Shown here one piece after another: positions 50,501 to 64,000 of a DNA stretch of 64,000 bases (positions are counted from its first letter, which is position 1; the number at the start of each line of letters is the position of its first letter). The stretch spans positions 101,682,001-101,746,000 of the forward strand of contig NC_045697.1 in the NCBI RefSeq assembly GCF_009834535.1, written 5' to 3'. Position numbers and translations under genes: made by a program. The notes beneath the pieces are model-generated. The model was given only the letters and a program-made list of their open reading frames with translations. It was not told the origin of the DNA and made no database searches. This DNA comes from Camelus ferus. Its lineage: Eukaryota.

Positions 50501-51639
50501 AGGGAGAAATAATGGATTAGGAAGAAAGCAGGCCACTCTGATACCACCTAGACCATATGGCATCAATCTTGCGAAGACCCTGAAGAGTCTTTTCTGAACA
50601 TTCATGCCCCTTGCCATCATGGTCCTGTCAGTTCTCAGCTATATACTCCTCAAGACTTTTCCATAGTTCAGACTATTCAACATAGGAACATAAAACAAGC
50701 AAATTCTTAAGCCCACATGAGGTTTGGACAGAGGGAAAACTTTTTTCCCAGGCACAGGTGATGACTTTGGCATGACATGATGCTTGGCGTGAATAACAAA
50801 ACACATTGGAATCACACTGGAAAAATGAAAGAAATTGCCCTCAATTCCACCTAACTCCAAAAACTTTTTTTTTATTTTTTCATATACCTTCCCAAGCTTA
50901 TCTATAATTGCAATCATAGTTTACATATCACTATGTATTGTGTTTTAAAAAAAGGTATCACAAACGTGTTCTATATTCTTACCTTGCTTACACAATTATT
51001 ATATTCAATGGTTGTAGTCCCTCTTGCTGATACACTGTAATTAACTATATTATCTTCTTATTGTTGAATAGTTAATGTTTTCCTTTTTTAGTGTTTTTTT
51101 TTTTTCCTACTACAGATAGAAACATCTGCCCTACATCTGTCAAAATATTTCCTTAGGAAAAATTCTCTAGCGTAGAATTACTTGGTCAGAGGACATGAAT
51201 GTTTTTGTGGCTTTTATTAAAAGTTACCTTATCTCTTTAAAAAGGAGATACACCAGTTTGAAATGCTCTTTGCTACATATTCGTATCTAAACTCTACTCT
51301 CAACTCAGGTGACATATAAAGGGTGGTGAAAAAAAAGATAAGTCTGAATTGCATTCCCTTTAGCAAGAGCACCTGTCTTTGATGAAGCTACACTTGAATA
51401 CTCTCATCTGTCTTGTGCAATTCTCAAAGCTGAGAGGATGAGAGCAACAGGCGATTCTGACTTTATTGTTGCTTTCATCCAGAGTTAAGTCAAATTGCAG
51501 AGGAAAACACTCCAGGAAGCATAGGAAACAAATGCTCTTTGTATTTGGATAAACATTTTTCCTGACTTCCTCCTATGATACAAAGAAAAGCCTCAAATAT
51601 TTTGTGAAAAGCCTATATAATAGGTTAAGAAGCCTATAT

Positions 51640-52450
51640 GAGAAGTTAATGCTTCTTTGGTTGCACAAGATAGAAATTTACTCTAGTTACCCAAGGGGGA
51701 AAAAGAATCTATAGGGAGTATATTAGTAATCTAATAAAATTCAAGGAAGATCTGGGTCATATGGTCTATCCTTAGGATATATTTTACTGCAAATAACAAA
51801 AAAATCTGACTAAGAGTGGCCTTAGGAAAAAAGACATTTAATTATTAGACAAAATAACATTCCAGATATTCCAGGGCTGGCTCTGCCACTTAACAATGTC
51901 ATCAAGGAGCCAGACCCTTTCCATTCTTTCATTTTACCAGCCTCGGTATGCCAGCCACTCTTGTGCTTGGTGACCTCATGGTCACAAGACAGCTGCCTTA
52001 ACACCAGGCAGGGAGCAGGGGGTGAGGATGGTGGCCAGGGCAGAGAACAACCAATTATTCTATCTCTTCTTCTCAAGGAGCAATAAGTATTTTATAGAAG
52101 ACCCTGTTATGCCTCATTAGACAGAACCGAGTTTATGATTATCATTGGATAGAACTGGGTTATAGATTTAGGACCATCCCTAGACTGGAAGTTGGGACTA
52201 TTTTTCATGTGATCAGGGAATCGTCAGCTGACACTGGAGGGAAATTGCGGTGTTTGAGAGTGGTGGTCAGGCTAGTGTATGCCACGTCCAGGAACCAGGG
52301 ACGTTGTGGGTCTTGCTTCTTTGGTTAATGGGTTTCCATTGGCAGGAAAATCTAATGTCTTTTTCCTCCTTGTCTCAAAGGCCAAATCTCCAAGAGAAGG
52401 ACTCTCGTTGGCTCCACTTGGCCTATCAGGGAGAATATCAAAGTGAAGTC
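51640..52450. mobile_element. Old MLT1 (J/K/L-like) LTR relics
   Basis: actgcaaataacaaaaaaatctgactaagagtggcctta and caatgtcatcaaggagccag. Boundaries are approximate. Confidence 0.55.
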
Positions 52451-54890
52451 ATGGCTCTGATGCCCCCTCTGATAATTCACAGGTGCAAAAGGGGAGGACA
52501 TCGATTCTCAAAAAATGGGAAATGTTTCACCCCGAGATAAACGCGCTGGACATCCCTTGCATCTAAGTTAAATGAAATACCATCAGAAGGTATTTACTGA
52601 CTTCCTCACGAGTTTAGAAGGAATTCTATAGGATCCCGTGGGGATACAGTCTCTAAGCATTGGTCCTTGCCCCTGAAGAGACTACAGTCTATTTGCGGAG
52701 ATGCCCATGTAAACCACACTACACAGAGTAGATGAGAGCTAATTATGAGGTACAGACAATAAACGTCTTGACCCCAACAAATTTTGTTGAAGATAATGAT
52801 ACATCAACTACTTTCGGTAGAGGAAGGAAAGACCTGGAAATGTTCAGTTCATTCAGCTGACCCTCGTGAGTTAGCTATGCCACAGCTCTTTCCAGTCCAC
52901 CCCTTGCCCCAGGGTCACAGCCTCTTCTGACATTTTGGTGGCATGGGCTTAGAGAGTGCCTCAAGAAATCATTTCCCTTAGGCAGCCTTCAACTTCCCCA
53001 CCCTCTCTTGCCTTTCTCAGCACACTCATCTTTAATGCCTTATTCCCCACACCCTTATTTTCTGGGTGGTTAGTGAAAACTCTAATTATTATTAGGGGCA
53101 AAGGTTTTCAAAGCTTTTTTATAACCACAAAGTAAGCACGCAATGCAAGATAAAGTTAATGATTCTGCTCCTAATCTGCTGTGTGATAAATCGTAAGTCC
53201 CCTAACCTTTCTGTGATGAAGAAATCATGTAAAGAAAAACAATCTGATTTGTTTCTTTCCCACCTTTTCAACCAGGTTCTGAGTGGAAATCAGTGAGATG
53301 GCCCCAAAACACTTGGTAATATTTTAGCAAAATATTTTACAAAAATGTGCAGTCCTTTAGTAAAATAACAGCGTTCAATTGGATTTGTTATATATTTTCT
53401 CTCCTTGAAAGAGTTAATAGCCCTTCAGTTGGAAAATCCAATTACTGAAGTCTATACAATTTCTGTTGGTCATTGGAGAATTCAGAAACACTGTGAATCC
53501 AATTAAGAAAAAAAAATGTTCACACCCTTAAATAGATTACAGTCAGCAGGACTAAAACCTAATTAGAAATGCTGCTACCATCTGAGATTACTTTTGAGCC
53601 AAAAACAAATTGCTTAAACCAAAACAAAGAGACTCCCAAAGGCCCTGGAATAGTATTTGGGTTGAAAACGTGGTTAATATTTTCCCTCCAGACTTAGCAC
53701 TCAGATCTGGATCTACTATTATCCTACAGAGGTTCTTGTTTTTCCATCATTGAATGCTACTCAGGACTTTCCCCAGGAAGCAGACCCTTAGTAACCGGAA
53801 GACTTTGTAAATATTTCTCCTTTCAGGAAAAAGAACAGAAGTGAGGAAAAGGAGGATGCACTCTGGAAAAGGAATCTACCATCTCCTAGACTGCATGATT
53901 TCCAGATGCAGCTGAAAGTCACTTCCTTTGTAAAGCCTTCCTCGATCCCATAATTAGTAATTAACTTCCTTGTGCTGGAAACTAGCAGGGCTGATCATTT
54001 TAATCTCTTCCTAGCATTTCTTGTAATGACTTACACTACTGTTAGTTATTTCCCCATTCACCTTCCTCACCAAAGTTATAAGTTCTTGGGGGAACAACCT
54101 ATCCTCTCACATTTTTGACTCCTTCTCGCCCCTATCAGTGTCTGAAATAGTTACTTATTAAATAATAACACCCACTGTGTGTCAGGCACTGTGTTAGCTA
54201 CCAAAGAGAAAATGGAGAGCAAAACCGTTCTCTTTGCCCATTGCTATAAGTCTAGTTGGATAAGTGATATGATCGAATAAGCAATGACAGCAAAATCCGA
54301 TGCATCCTATGATCGAAGTTGAGGTGTTCAGTGAGGGTTCATTTCAATGGCATGTCTGCATCGTGAATACCTCTAGGGTGGTATTCCACAGGTAAAATGA
54401 AGTGTGGTGTGTTTGGTAGCACTCCATTTGAGGTTGACTATGAATTCTTGGGAAGCTGAATAAGTTCAGATATCAGTTCCTCATGTTTGAGGTCCTTGAG
54501 AAGAATCCTGGGAGTCTCACATCCAGACTACACATGCACTAAACTAAAGATGGTCCCTGAGGGCATCCTGAGGCTTTGGGGTGAGGAGGGAATTCCAGCT
54601 CCCTAACTCCCCAGATTTGCTGATTGCTCCTTTTAATGAATGTCTTTCTACATATTCCTAAAGTCAGCTGTTTGCTTAAGCTAACAGGGGTTCAAGGCCC
54701 ATCATTCATAAGAAGCTCAATGAGCTGCACTGGTCAACATCCCTTGCATGAAGGGAAGTGCAGGAAACTGTGGAAACACACAGCCAGAGCATTCAGCCTG
54801 TTCTCAACACACATTCAACTGAGTTATGAATAAATGATGATCTCAACTTAAGAAAAATGGGGGCTCAGATGAGAATCCAATAAAAATGTG

Positions 54891-55985
54891 CCAGAATATA
54901 CAAACAGCTCATACAACTCAATAACAAAAAATAAACAACCCAATCCAAAAATGGGCAGAAGACCTAAACAGACATTACTCCAAAGAAGACAGATGGCCAA
55001 CAGGCACATGAAAAATGCTCAACATCACTAATTATCAGAGAAATGCAAATCAAAACTACAATGATGTTATCACCTCATACTAGTCAGAATGGCCATCATT
55101 AAAAAGCCCACAAATGATAAATGCTGGAGAGGATGTGGAGAAAAGGGAGCCCTCCTACACTGCTGGTGGGAATATAGTTTGGTGCAGCCACTATGGAAAA
55201 CAGTATGGAGATTCCGTTAAAAATGAAAAATAAAATTACCATATAATCTAGCTATCCCACTCCTGGGTATATATCCAGGGAAAACCTCTAATTCAAAAAG
55301 ATACACGTGCACCAATATTCATAGCAGCATTATTCACAATAGCCAAAACATGGAAGCAACCTAAATGTCCATTAACAGATGACGGAATAAAGATGATGTG
55401 ATATGTGTGTATGTATATATATAATATATATATACCCCCATATATATATGGGGGTACTGTGAGCAGAAAGTATACTCTGCCAGTTGTATATATACATATA
55501 TATATACATACACACATATATACAAAAAGAATGAAATAGCATCATTTGCAGCAACATAGATGGACCCAGTGATTATCATACAAAATGAAGTCAGTCAGTC
55601 AGAGGAAGACAAATATCATAGGACATCATTTTTATGTGGAATAAAAAATGATACAAATAAATGTATTTATAAAACAGAAATAGAATCATAGACATAGAAA
55701 ACAAACTGATAGTTTCCAAAGGAGAAACAGAGGGGGAGATAAATTAAGAGTCTGGGATTAGCAGATACAAACTACTATATATAAAATAGATAAACATCAA
55801 GGTTCTACTATATAACACAGGGAACTACATTCTTATCATAACCTACAATGAAAAAGAGTCTGAAAAAGAATACATATATATGTGTAATATATATATGAAA
55901 CTGAATCACAGTGCTGTACACCAGAAACTAATACAACATTGTAAATTAACTAAATACTTCAATTTTTTAAAAAGGAAAGAAAGAA
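54891..55985 (+). mobile_element. 5'-truncated L1 (ORF2 C-terminal region plus 3'UTR)
   Basis: aaaatgggcagaagacctaaacagacatt...gaaatgcaaatcaaaactacaatg. 12-bp TSD aataaaaatgtg at 54879-54890 and 55986-55997. Confidence 0.92.
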
Positions 55986-56504
55986 AATAAAAATGTGAAT
56001 TGAAATTATGACTCATTCATCCAGCTGATAGTTATTGATGGTCTATTATGTATATATTACTTTACAACTATGAGATCTGCAATTACTTTAGAGTCTGGGG
56101 GGTCGTTGAATCTGGTAAGTACTGAGCTTGCCGTGGCTTCCTAGACACTTTGCCTGCAGCCTGGAGAAGTGCAGGTGAAGTGGGACAAGACAGGAAGGCT
56201 AATTCTCACTGTTCAGCACATCCTGTGGTTTCTGGGGGTACTGTGAGCAGAAAGTATACTCTGCCAGTTGTATAAATCTGTACAAGGGCCAAAAAAAGGT
56301 GGTTTGTGGAAAATAATGTTTTGAGGCAAATAAAGGGGCAATCTTCAGGAAATAAAGTTACAAGAATTATCAAATTCTAAGCCAGTGAGAAGTAACTCTT
56401 CCCTTACTTTAATGTGTGTCTGCTGCATCAAGTAGTTTTCTTCCCTCCATGTCCCAGCCTAGCATCTCGAAGGAGGACAACAGAAGTCATAAAACATACA
56501 CACA

Positions 56505-58270
56505 TGGACTTCCAGTATAGACCAGATGGCATGGTCACTTTTTCCTGGTCAACTATGCACTCTGGAAATGGCACTAGAGGCACCCAAAGGAGAACTCTGA
56601 AAAGTGGTGAGAAGGTGAGCTGGTCTGGGACCCAGGATGAGAGGAACAGCATCCTGCACCCCCACCCACCCAACAGAAGAAAGTCACCAGACAGATTCTT
56701 TCCCGACCTCGCAATGGAAGGCAGCACAGGGAGGCTCATTCCTCCCCCAAGTTGAACAGGAGTCTCTCTGACAACATCAGGCAAACCCAACTCCACAGGC
56801 AAGGGGGCTCCATTGGGAGCCCTGAGCTAGGGGAGCCACTTTCCTTCCCGCAGGACCTGAGATTTCCATTTTCTGTCAAGAGAAACTGAGGTGAGTGAGC
56901 AGAACTGGCAAAAACCTGGCTACAGTTCTGACAAACAGCCCGGTTCCAGAAGCCTCTTTATTCCCATGGGCCCTAAACGGTCCTTTGCCCAGACACACTG
57001 AAGTGGCCATGGGGCACTGTTAGGGGCATCCTACCACACCCTTCCAAACCAAAAGTCACCCACCACCCAGGCCTGGAGACCACCCCTCCACCCACTCAGG
57101 CAGCACTAGCAGGGTGCATGGGGGAGCCTGGAGGACTGACAGACCAAACCCACCAAAGTAACGCCACAAAGGCCCTAGGAATTAAACTACCATTGGAAAC
57201 ACCGACCACAAAAGTAGGCCAGGAGCTACATGCAAAACTCAAACAGGGTGAACGCCTGCTAAAGTAAAAGGTTTAACTGGGACCCAGAGTTTTGCCAACA
57301 TAATTAGCAAAATGTCCAGGACACAACTGAGAATCACCATCAAACCAAGAACCAAGAAAGTTACAGTTTGAATAAGAAAAATCAATCAAGACTAATCGAA
57401 GACTAATCGAAGGTTGGAGCTATCTGACAAAGATTTGAAAACAGAATTATAAAAAACGCTTCATCAATAACAAATTCTCTTGTAACAAATGAAAAAATAG
57501 AAAATCTCTGCAAAGAAACAGAAGTTATTGGAAAAAAGAGACCATACAGAAATTATAAAACTGAAAAATACAGTCACAGAAATTTAAAAGCCCTCTGGGT
57601 GTGCTCAATAGTAAAGATGACAGAGGACAGAAGTGGTGAACTTGAGGCAACTATTTGTGGGACAATAACAAAAACTCGACATTCTTATTATCGTGGTTAC
57701 ATGAGGACCAGAGAAAGACTGTAGGGCTGAAAGGGCATTTGAAGAAATAATGGCTGAAAATGTCCCAAATTTGGTGAAACATGCAAATCTATGCATAGAG
57801 AAAAATCTTCAGGATGTAGGGCTATCCAAGAGTTCTTAGACTTGACACCAAAAGGACAACCCACTATAGAAAAAAGCTGGTAACCTGGACCTCACGAAAT
57901 TTAAAATCTTCTTCTGTGAGTACCCACACGAAGAGGGTGACCAGACAAGCTACAGGGTTGGGGAAGACATTTGCAAAGTACATACTGAACAAAGGACTAG
58001 TATCTAGGATACATAAGGAGTCTGTAAAACTCAACAGGGAAAAAGAAATCCAGTGAGGAAATGGATGAAAGATTTTTCACTGAAGAAGAATATAGATGGC
58101 AAATAAGCACATGGAAAGATGTTCAACATCATTAGTCCTTAGGGAATTAATATTAAAACAAATTAAAACCACAATGAGATATCACTATATACCTGTCAGA
58201 ACAACCAAAATTAAAAGTAGTGACAATACTAAATGCTGGCAAGGATGTGGAGAAACTGGATCATTCGTGC
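56505..58270 (+). mobile_element. Old L1M element with 5' region, ORF1 and ORF2 remnants
   Basis: tttgaagaaataatggctgaaaatgtcccaaatttgg is ORF1-like. ORF 58096 (MANKHMERCSTSLVLRE..QIKTTMRYHY..KCWQGCGE) is an ORF2 C-terminal remnant. Confidence 0.75.
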
Positions 58271-60399
58271 ATTATATAAATTTAGAGAGTGTGGCTAATA
58301 TGCTGATTAGGAGCCTCAGCTGCAGGAAAAAAAAATACTGGTTGAAAAGGAGGAAGAAGCAATTAATTTTCTACCATTCCTGTTAGCCAGACAAGAAGAA
58401 AATAAAGTTAAAGAATGCCACCTTTCCTTAACCAAGCTGCACTGTAAGTACAAAAAGCTGCTCAAGTGTGCAGGAAACACCTTGAAACGAAAACAGACTG
58501 AAAAAAAGCGTCCAGAATACAGCCTGTGAATTCTCAACCTGTTAATATCCAACATAAGCTAACAGTTAGCACCATACCCTCAGGCAGAGCGGGCAGGAGG
58601 GACAGCCTTGGAGCAGAACGCACAGCCTAAGTCAGAGTCAGTGGGAGGCTGGGTAGCCTCGAGAGAATGAGGGATTTTAGTTCAGTTTTAACTGGAAAAC
58701 CTGCTGAGCAGCAGCCAACCTTTGGGAAACTGCAACAAACTAGAAGAAGGCAGATCTGAAGAAGGCTGGTCCAAACTTTAGAAAGTAAAAGATGCAGTGA
58801 AAAAAACTGAGTCTACACTGTAGAATCTCTATTTGTAAATGATTAGCACTCTGTAATTTCCCGAGACTTATAGTGAAAGTTACTTGTACACATACACACA
58901 TACACACACAGTGGCAGCCAAGCAAGATGCAGCCCTAACTCGGACACACTAGGCTCTGCACATGGCAATCTTGCCTGTTCAGGGCAATGCCTAGAATTAA
59001 CTCCGCTCCTCAGCCTCCCCACAAATAGCAACCAGACTGGACCCAGCTCTGTTGCGTGTTGATTCAGAGCCTCCCTTAACCATTCCAGCTTCTGCTACCT
59101 CATTGCTGGAGGAGAGTTCTGATTATGTGTGGACCCCACCTGGGGCCCAGGAGAACCGGAAGAAATAGGATGGGAGGGTAATCCATACATCTTTTTATTG
59201 CTGTGCCCAAAATATAGATGCGATTAGAACAGATTGGGTGTTGGCTGCTTCAGTCAATCAGCCTGGTAGAGTTTAAGAGGAAATCAGAAATCAGAGGCAA
59301 TGTCTTTGGCCCACCCTAAGCCAGATCATCTGTAACAGGAGTTATGGTTAGATTGTGACCTCATGGTTTTCAAGATGAGGCCATTCACAAGTGTGGTTTA
59401 CTGGGGTTAAGATCTCAGCATGTTCTTCCACTCAATTATGCTTCTAAATATCATCCCCACAACAAAATAGAGCTTTTCATTTAGGAGGGGAACATCTATG
59501 GGTATAAAGTTTCACTAGTGGTCCCAAGAGCCAACCTTCTATTGACAGCAAAATTAGCCTCAGTCAAAGAAATGTGGGCAGCCTACAACTTTTCTCAGTG
59601 TTCCTTCCCGGTTATTGACTGTTTGGCTGAAATCTAATCACTGTCTCCTGGCTTGGTTGCTCCCTCACTGACCCTCAGTCTTCTCTCCCTTTTAGGCCCT
59701 CTCAGGGCTTTTCAGTGTCAGGGTGGTGACAAAAGCCACAACACTTTCCTCCCGACCGCGGCCTGCTTCCTTTACCATGAGATGCAAGCTGGCCACCCTG
59801 AGAAGGTGGCTGGTCTACCAGATGTTCCTCTGAAATGGCTGTTCCATTCTGGTCTCCCTTGGGGCTTTTGCACGTGGCCAGACAGAAAAAGGAAGAGACT
59901 ACTTGGTAACACAATAACCTATATTCCAGATGTTTCCTCCTGCCCTACCCACCACAACCCTGTACGGCCCCAGGCTCCCTGACAGTGGCCCTCTTCCAAA
60001 CCTTTCCTGCTTTTATGACACTCTAATTGGAGACCAGTCACCAACAGCCTCCTTTCCTTCTTCTTTCTAAAACATTAGCAAAGATGTTCTTATGATGCAA
60101 CGTTATCAGCACTTATTCATCTTGTTTTGAAACTCTTTTAAACTGTTGTTTAATTTACTTTAGTAAAACCTCTCAACCAAACATTGAAAACTATAATTAA
60201 GCACAGAGTTTTTAATTAGGGGACCCATTGGTTTACACATGGAAGTGTAAAATTTGTGAAAGTCTCTATTTTTCCTTAACTTTAAACTGATAAATATTTA
60301 TGTCTATTTTCTTTAAAAGGTTGGACTTTCACACTTTTCTCTAAATTCTCTGAAAATAATTTTGATATATATAATTTATTTTGATATGAAAGCCTTAAA

Positions 60400-61060
60400 A
60401 TCTTTGTTACATTTTTAGTTATAAAAGCAACATGCTCTCATTGCAAAATAAAACACATAAAGTTTACAAAGTAAAAAGGGAAGAATTCTCCTTTCCCATC
60501 TCCAAAACCTGCAACTAAAGAAAACAAATTTTAAATTTCTTAAAGAAAACTTAATCTTAAGTATACACAATTATTTTACTATAACTTTTACCTTCAAGAT
60601 TGTCTCCCACACATATACAAATATATATAATATATATAAATGCATATCTATGTACCAATTAAACATATAAAATATGTATGCATATATAAACATTTTAAAC
60701 AAAATAAGATTAGATAATATAGCACTTAATCTTTCATGAATATTTTCGTCTCATGGGTATTTTGAGACCTACTTGATTTTATTCAACTGCAGAAATTTCC
60801 ATATTGTGGATTTACCAAGATTCAGTCAGCCTCTTCTGAGTGTACCTTTATATTGTCAATAATTTGGGGCTATTACAAATACTGTTACAATTACTATCCT
60901 TGTACATATATTCTTATTCATTAGTACAAATGTTTCTTCTGGATAAATTCCTAAGTACACAATTGTCAGTCAAAGGGTATCTATATTTTAAATGTTGATA
61001 GATGCTTTCAAAATTGCCCTCCAAAAAGATGACTTCAATATATACTACCAGCGACTATGA
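60400..61060 (-). mobile_element. Old L1ME-type fragment
   Basis: ggataaattcctaag...gtcaaagggtat...caaaattgccctccaaaaag. Confidence 0.6.
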
Positions 61061-61274
61061 ATAATATCAGAAAAATAAGGTTTTAAAACTGAGTCGTAAA
61101 ATAGGGAAAGAATATATAAGCAATTCTTTTAGGGAAAGCACACATACATAAGCATAACACAACTAGAAGCTGTTACAAAGCTACTTACGTAAATACTACC
61201 AAGTAATGTAGTATCGACAAAGATAAATATGATTTAAAAGACTAAATATACATTTGAGTAAGTATGAATTTCTT

Positions 61275-61992
61275 TTTTTAACATTTTTTATTAATTTATA
61301 ATCATTTTAGAATGTTGTGTTAAATTCCAGTGTAGAGCACAATTTTTCAGTCATACATGAACATATATATACATTGTCACATTTTTTTCTCTGTGAGCTA
61401 CCATAAGATCTTATGTATATTTCCCTGTGCTATACAGTATAATCTTGTTTATCTAGTCAACAATTTTGAAATCTCGTCTATCCCTTCCTACCCTCCACCC
61501 CCTTGGCCACCACAAGTTTGTATTCTATGTCTATGGGTCTGTTTCTGTTTTGTATTTATGCTTTGTTTGTTTGGTTTGGTTTTTTGGTTTTTTTTTTTTA
61601 GATTCTACATATGAGCGATCTCATATGGTATTTTTCTTTCTCTTTCTGGCTTGCTTCACTTAGAATGACATTCTCCAGGTGCATCCATGTTGCTGCAAAT
61701 GGCGTCATGTTGTCGGGTTTTATGGCTGAATAGTATTCCATTGTATAAATATACCACTTCTTCTTTATCCAGTCATCTGTTGATGGACATTTAGGCTGTT
61801 CCCATGTCTTGGCTATTGTAAATAGTGCTGCTATGAACATTGGGGTGCAGGTGTCATCCTGAAGTAGGGTTCCTTCTGGATATATGCCCAGGAGTGGGAT
61901 TCCTGGGTCATACGGTAAGTCTATTCCTAGTCTTTTGAGGAATCTCCATACTGTTTTCCACAGTGGCTGCACCAAATTGCATTCCCACCAGT
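61275..61992 (-). mobile_element. Young 5'-truncated L1 with an open ORF2 C-terminus
   Basis: ORF 61598..61975(-) reads [33 protein letters not shown]...WYIYTMEYYSAIK...ICRI*. This is the L1 ORF2p C-terminus, followed by the 3'UTR. Confidence 0.95.
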
Positions 61993-62222
61993 GGCACTAC
62001 TGTTAATTGTCTTAAGCACAATAATGAAATGATGGAAGAAAGTCTTGTTCTCAGGAGGTGCATGTTGAAGAATTCCGGCCCTCATGTCTGAAATTTACTT
62101 TCAAATGGTCCAATGTGGCAAAATGCATCAATGTTTGAATCTAGAGAGAGGGTATACAAGTGTTCATTGTCCTATTGCTTCCACTTTCCTGTGGGATTGA
62201 AATTTCTTAAAATAGAAATTTG
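61993..62222 (+). mobile_element. Old L1MC/ME-type 3' end
   Basis: catgtctgaaatttactttcaaatgg...ttgaatctag...gtgttcattgt. Confidence 0.55.
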
Positions 62223-63149
62223 GAGAAGGAATAAAATGGTGAAGCTGTGGATCTGGTGTTGACTATTTAATTTCACTGTGTTAGATTCTCTGAGGAGAAA
62301 GAGGAAGTGCTTTTTGGGAACCCACGTTGATTTAGATCTCTAAGGTTATTTTCTTAAATTACCACGTCTGTGTTCTCCATACAAGACCAGTTAGGTTTGC
62401 AAGGAACAAAATGTCTCCCTGACAAAATGCCTCAGAAATACACAGCATTGATCCCAAGAGGGTCGACCTAGGAATGTGAGGAATTGAGAAGAAACCTCTC
62501 CACTGCTAGGAAGACACCGGAGGCTCGTGCCTCCACAAGGGTGGGCACCAGGGCTGTCATCACACACACAGGCGGCACATCGTGACTTCTGACAGCTTCT
62601 CTAAATGTCTAGCATAACACCAGGGAGTGGTACAAGCAGACGATGATCTAGCTCGTTAGCACTCAGGCCAAAATTACTTAACTTGTCCAGACTATTTTAA
62701 ATGCCCATTTATTAGTGAATTTGATGGGTTGGTGAGGGTTGCATCCAAGTCTAGCTGAGTCAACCTTCTTCCCTTTTCAGACACTTACTCAGAGAAATAA
62801 AGAAGGAAGATAGATCTTAAAATAATTCTCATGAGCACTTTGCCACAAAATTAATAGCATTCTGTCATAAACACAGGATTCAGAGAAAAATATATATGCA
62901 TATATTATTAATTACGTATTTTTATATATTATACACACATATACGTATATATGCATGTATACACATCTATACTGCATTTCACCTTTGCTAGCTTTGACAA
63001 TTACTTTCATTGTTTTTTAAATTTTATTTTTAGGAAACTAGTTCTTTCTTAATTATCTCAGTAGTAAGAAGAGCCAGAAATATTCACATGGTATAGTGAT
63101 GACATTTTGCATAGCAGTCATTTTTTTTTTAATTCAGAAAAAAACTTTA

Positions 63150-63375
63150 ATTACTTCTTTTCCTTCTATTGAAATGTAGTTGATTTCATTGTATAGTTGA
63201 TTTCTAGTTTCAGGTACACAGTAAAGTGATTAGTTATGCATACACATCTATTCTTTTTCAGATTCTTTTCCATTGTAGGTTGTTATATTAAATATAGTTC
63301 CCTGTGCTATACTGTAGGTCCTTGTTGTTTATCTGTTTTATAAATAGTAGTGTGTATTTGTTAATATCAAACCTT
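63150..63375 (-). mobile_element. L1 3'-end fragment
   Basis: tagtttcaggtacacag...aatatagttccctgtgctatactgtaggtccttgttg. Confidence 0.8.
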
Positions 63376-64000
63376 AACCCTTAATTATCACTGTATTTGA
63401 AGAAGTAATAAAAGTTTTCAGCATTATTTCTAGATATACCTATGACTAAGAACCTGGAGGGCTAAGGAAAAAAAAAAATGATTTGCCAAACAAAACCCTA
63501 GGGGAAAACCTAAACATCCAAAACAAACTTAAAGACTCAGATAGTATTTGTCCACATGTTAGGAAATAACCAAATACGGAGATAGAGGCAAAAGAGCAGC
63601 TGAGTCCTAGCTCATTAGCTGTCATATGTATCCACCATCAAACAACGCTAGGCTTTATCATGCATTTTTTTCATCTGAAAGATGCAGGGCTCTTAAGTCT
63701 ATTTAGTATTGATTTGAATTAAACTATACATGAATAACTCATAAAATATTCTTCCTGGGACCTATCTTATTTCTGGAGATGAACCGGCTTCACAGAAAAT
63801 GGAAGATGAAAGTATAATTAAAATAGATTCTTATTTAATATCTAAACATTCTAGAGGTGTGGGTTGTAGCATTAAGAGACACAGTCCTCTCTGCAAAGCT
63901 GGTCTCACAAGCAGAAAGAGTAGCCTTACAGCCTTCCAGAATCCTAAGGTTTTCACAGTGGATTTGAACCTGGAAGTAACACTGACCCCTCCCTTCCTGC

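Noticed and set aside
55401..56274. Repeat-spacer or CRISPR-like interpretation of the captured 42-mer
   Set aside because: It is a single insertion in a microsatellite in a mammalian genome, with no array and no associated genes.
61598..61975. 125-aa ORF as a host gene
   Set aside because: It is the L1 ORF2p C-terminus in a 5'-truncated copy with no promoter, endonuclease or RT domain.
28400..64000. Many 60-140-aa ORFs in the intergenic region
   Set aside because: They are consistent with chance ORFs or transposon remnants. I recognised no splice-consistent exon chain or protein family.

Overview
This window is AT-rich mammalian genomic DNA, probably from a camelid: it carries several tRNA-Ala(AGC)-derived SINEs of the Vic-1 type and artiodactyl-type L1 and Tigger2a elements. 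The first ~28 kb hold the 3' part of USP38 (ubiquitin-specific protease 38) on the + strand. Eight coding exons with canonical GT-AG borders join in one open frame from 3512 to TGA at 24399, and a long 3'UTR follows. The start codon lies upstream of the window. The remaining ~36 kb is intergenic and dominated by L1, MIR, hAT and LTR relics. I see no convincing novel biological system. The best unexplained signals are three local templated duplications of different ages, one of which is a perfect 42-bp copy inside a palindromic TA microsatellite. Others are a candidate microexon or poison exon just after the catalytic Cys box, a twin-primed 5'-inverted L1, and foreign filler DNA inside an old L1. 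Repeat family names come from remembered consensus sequences, not from a database search.
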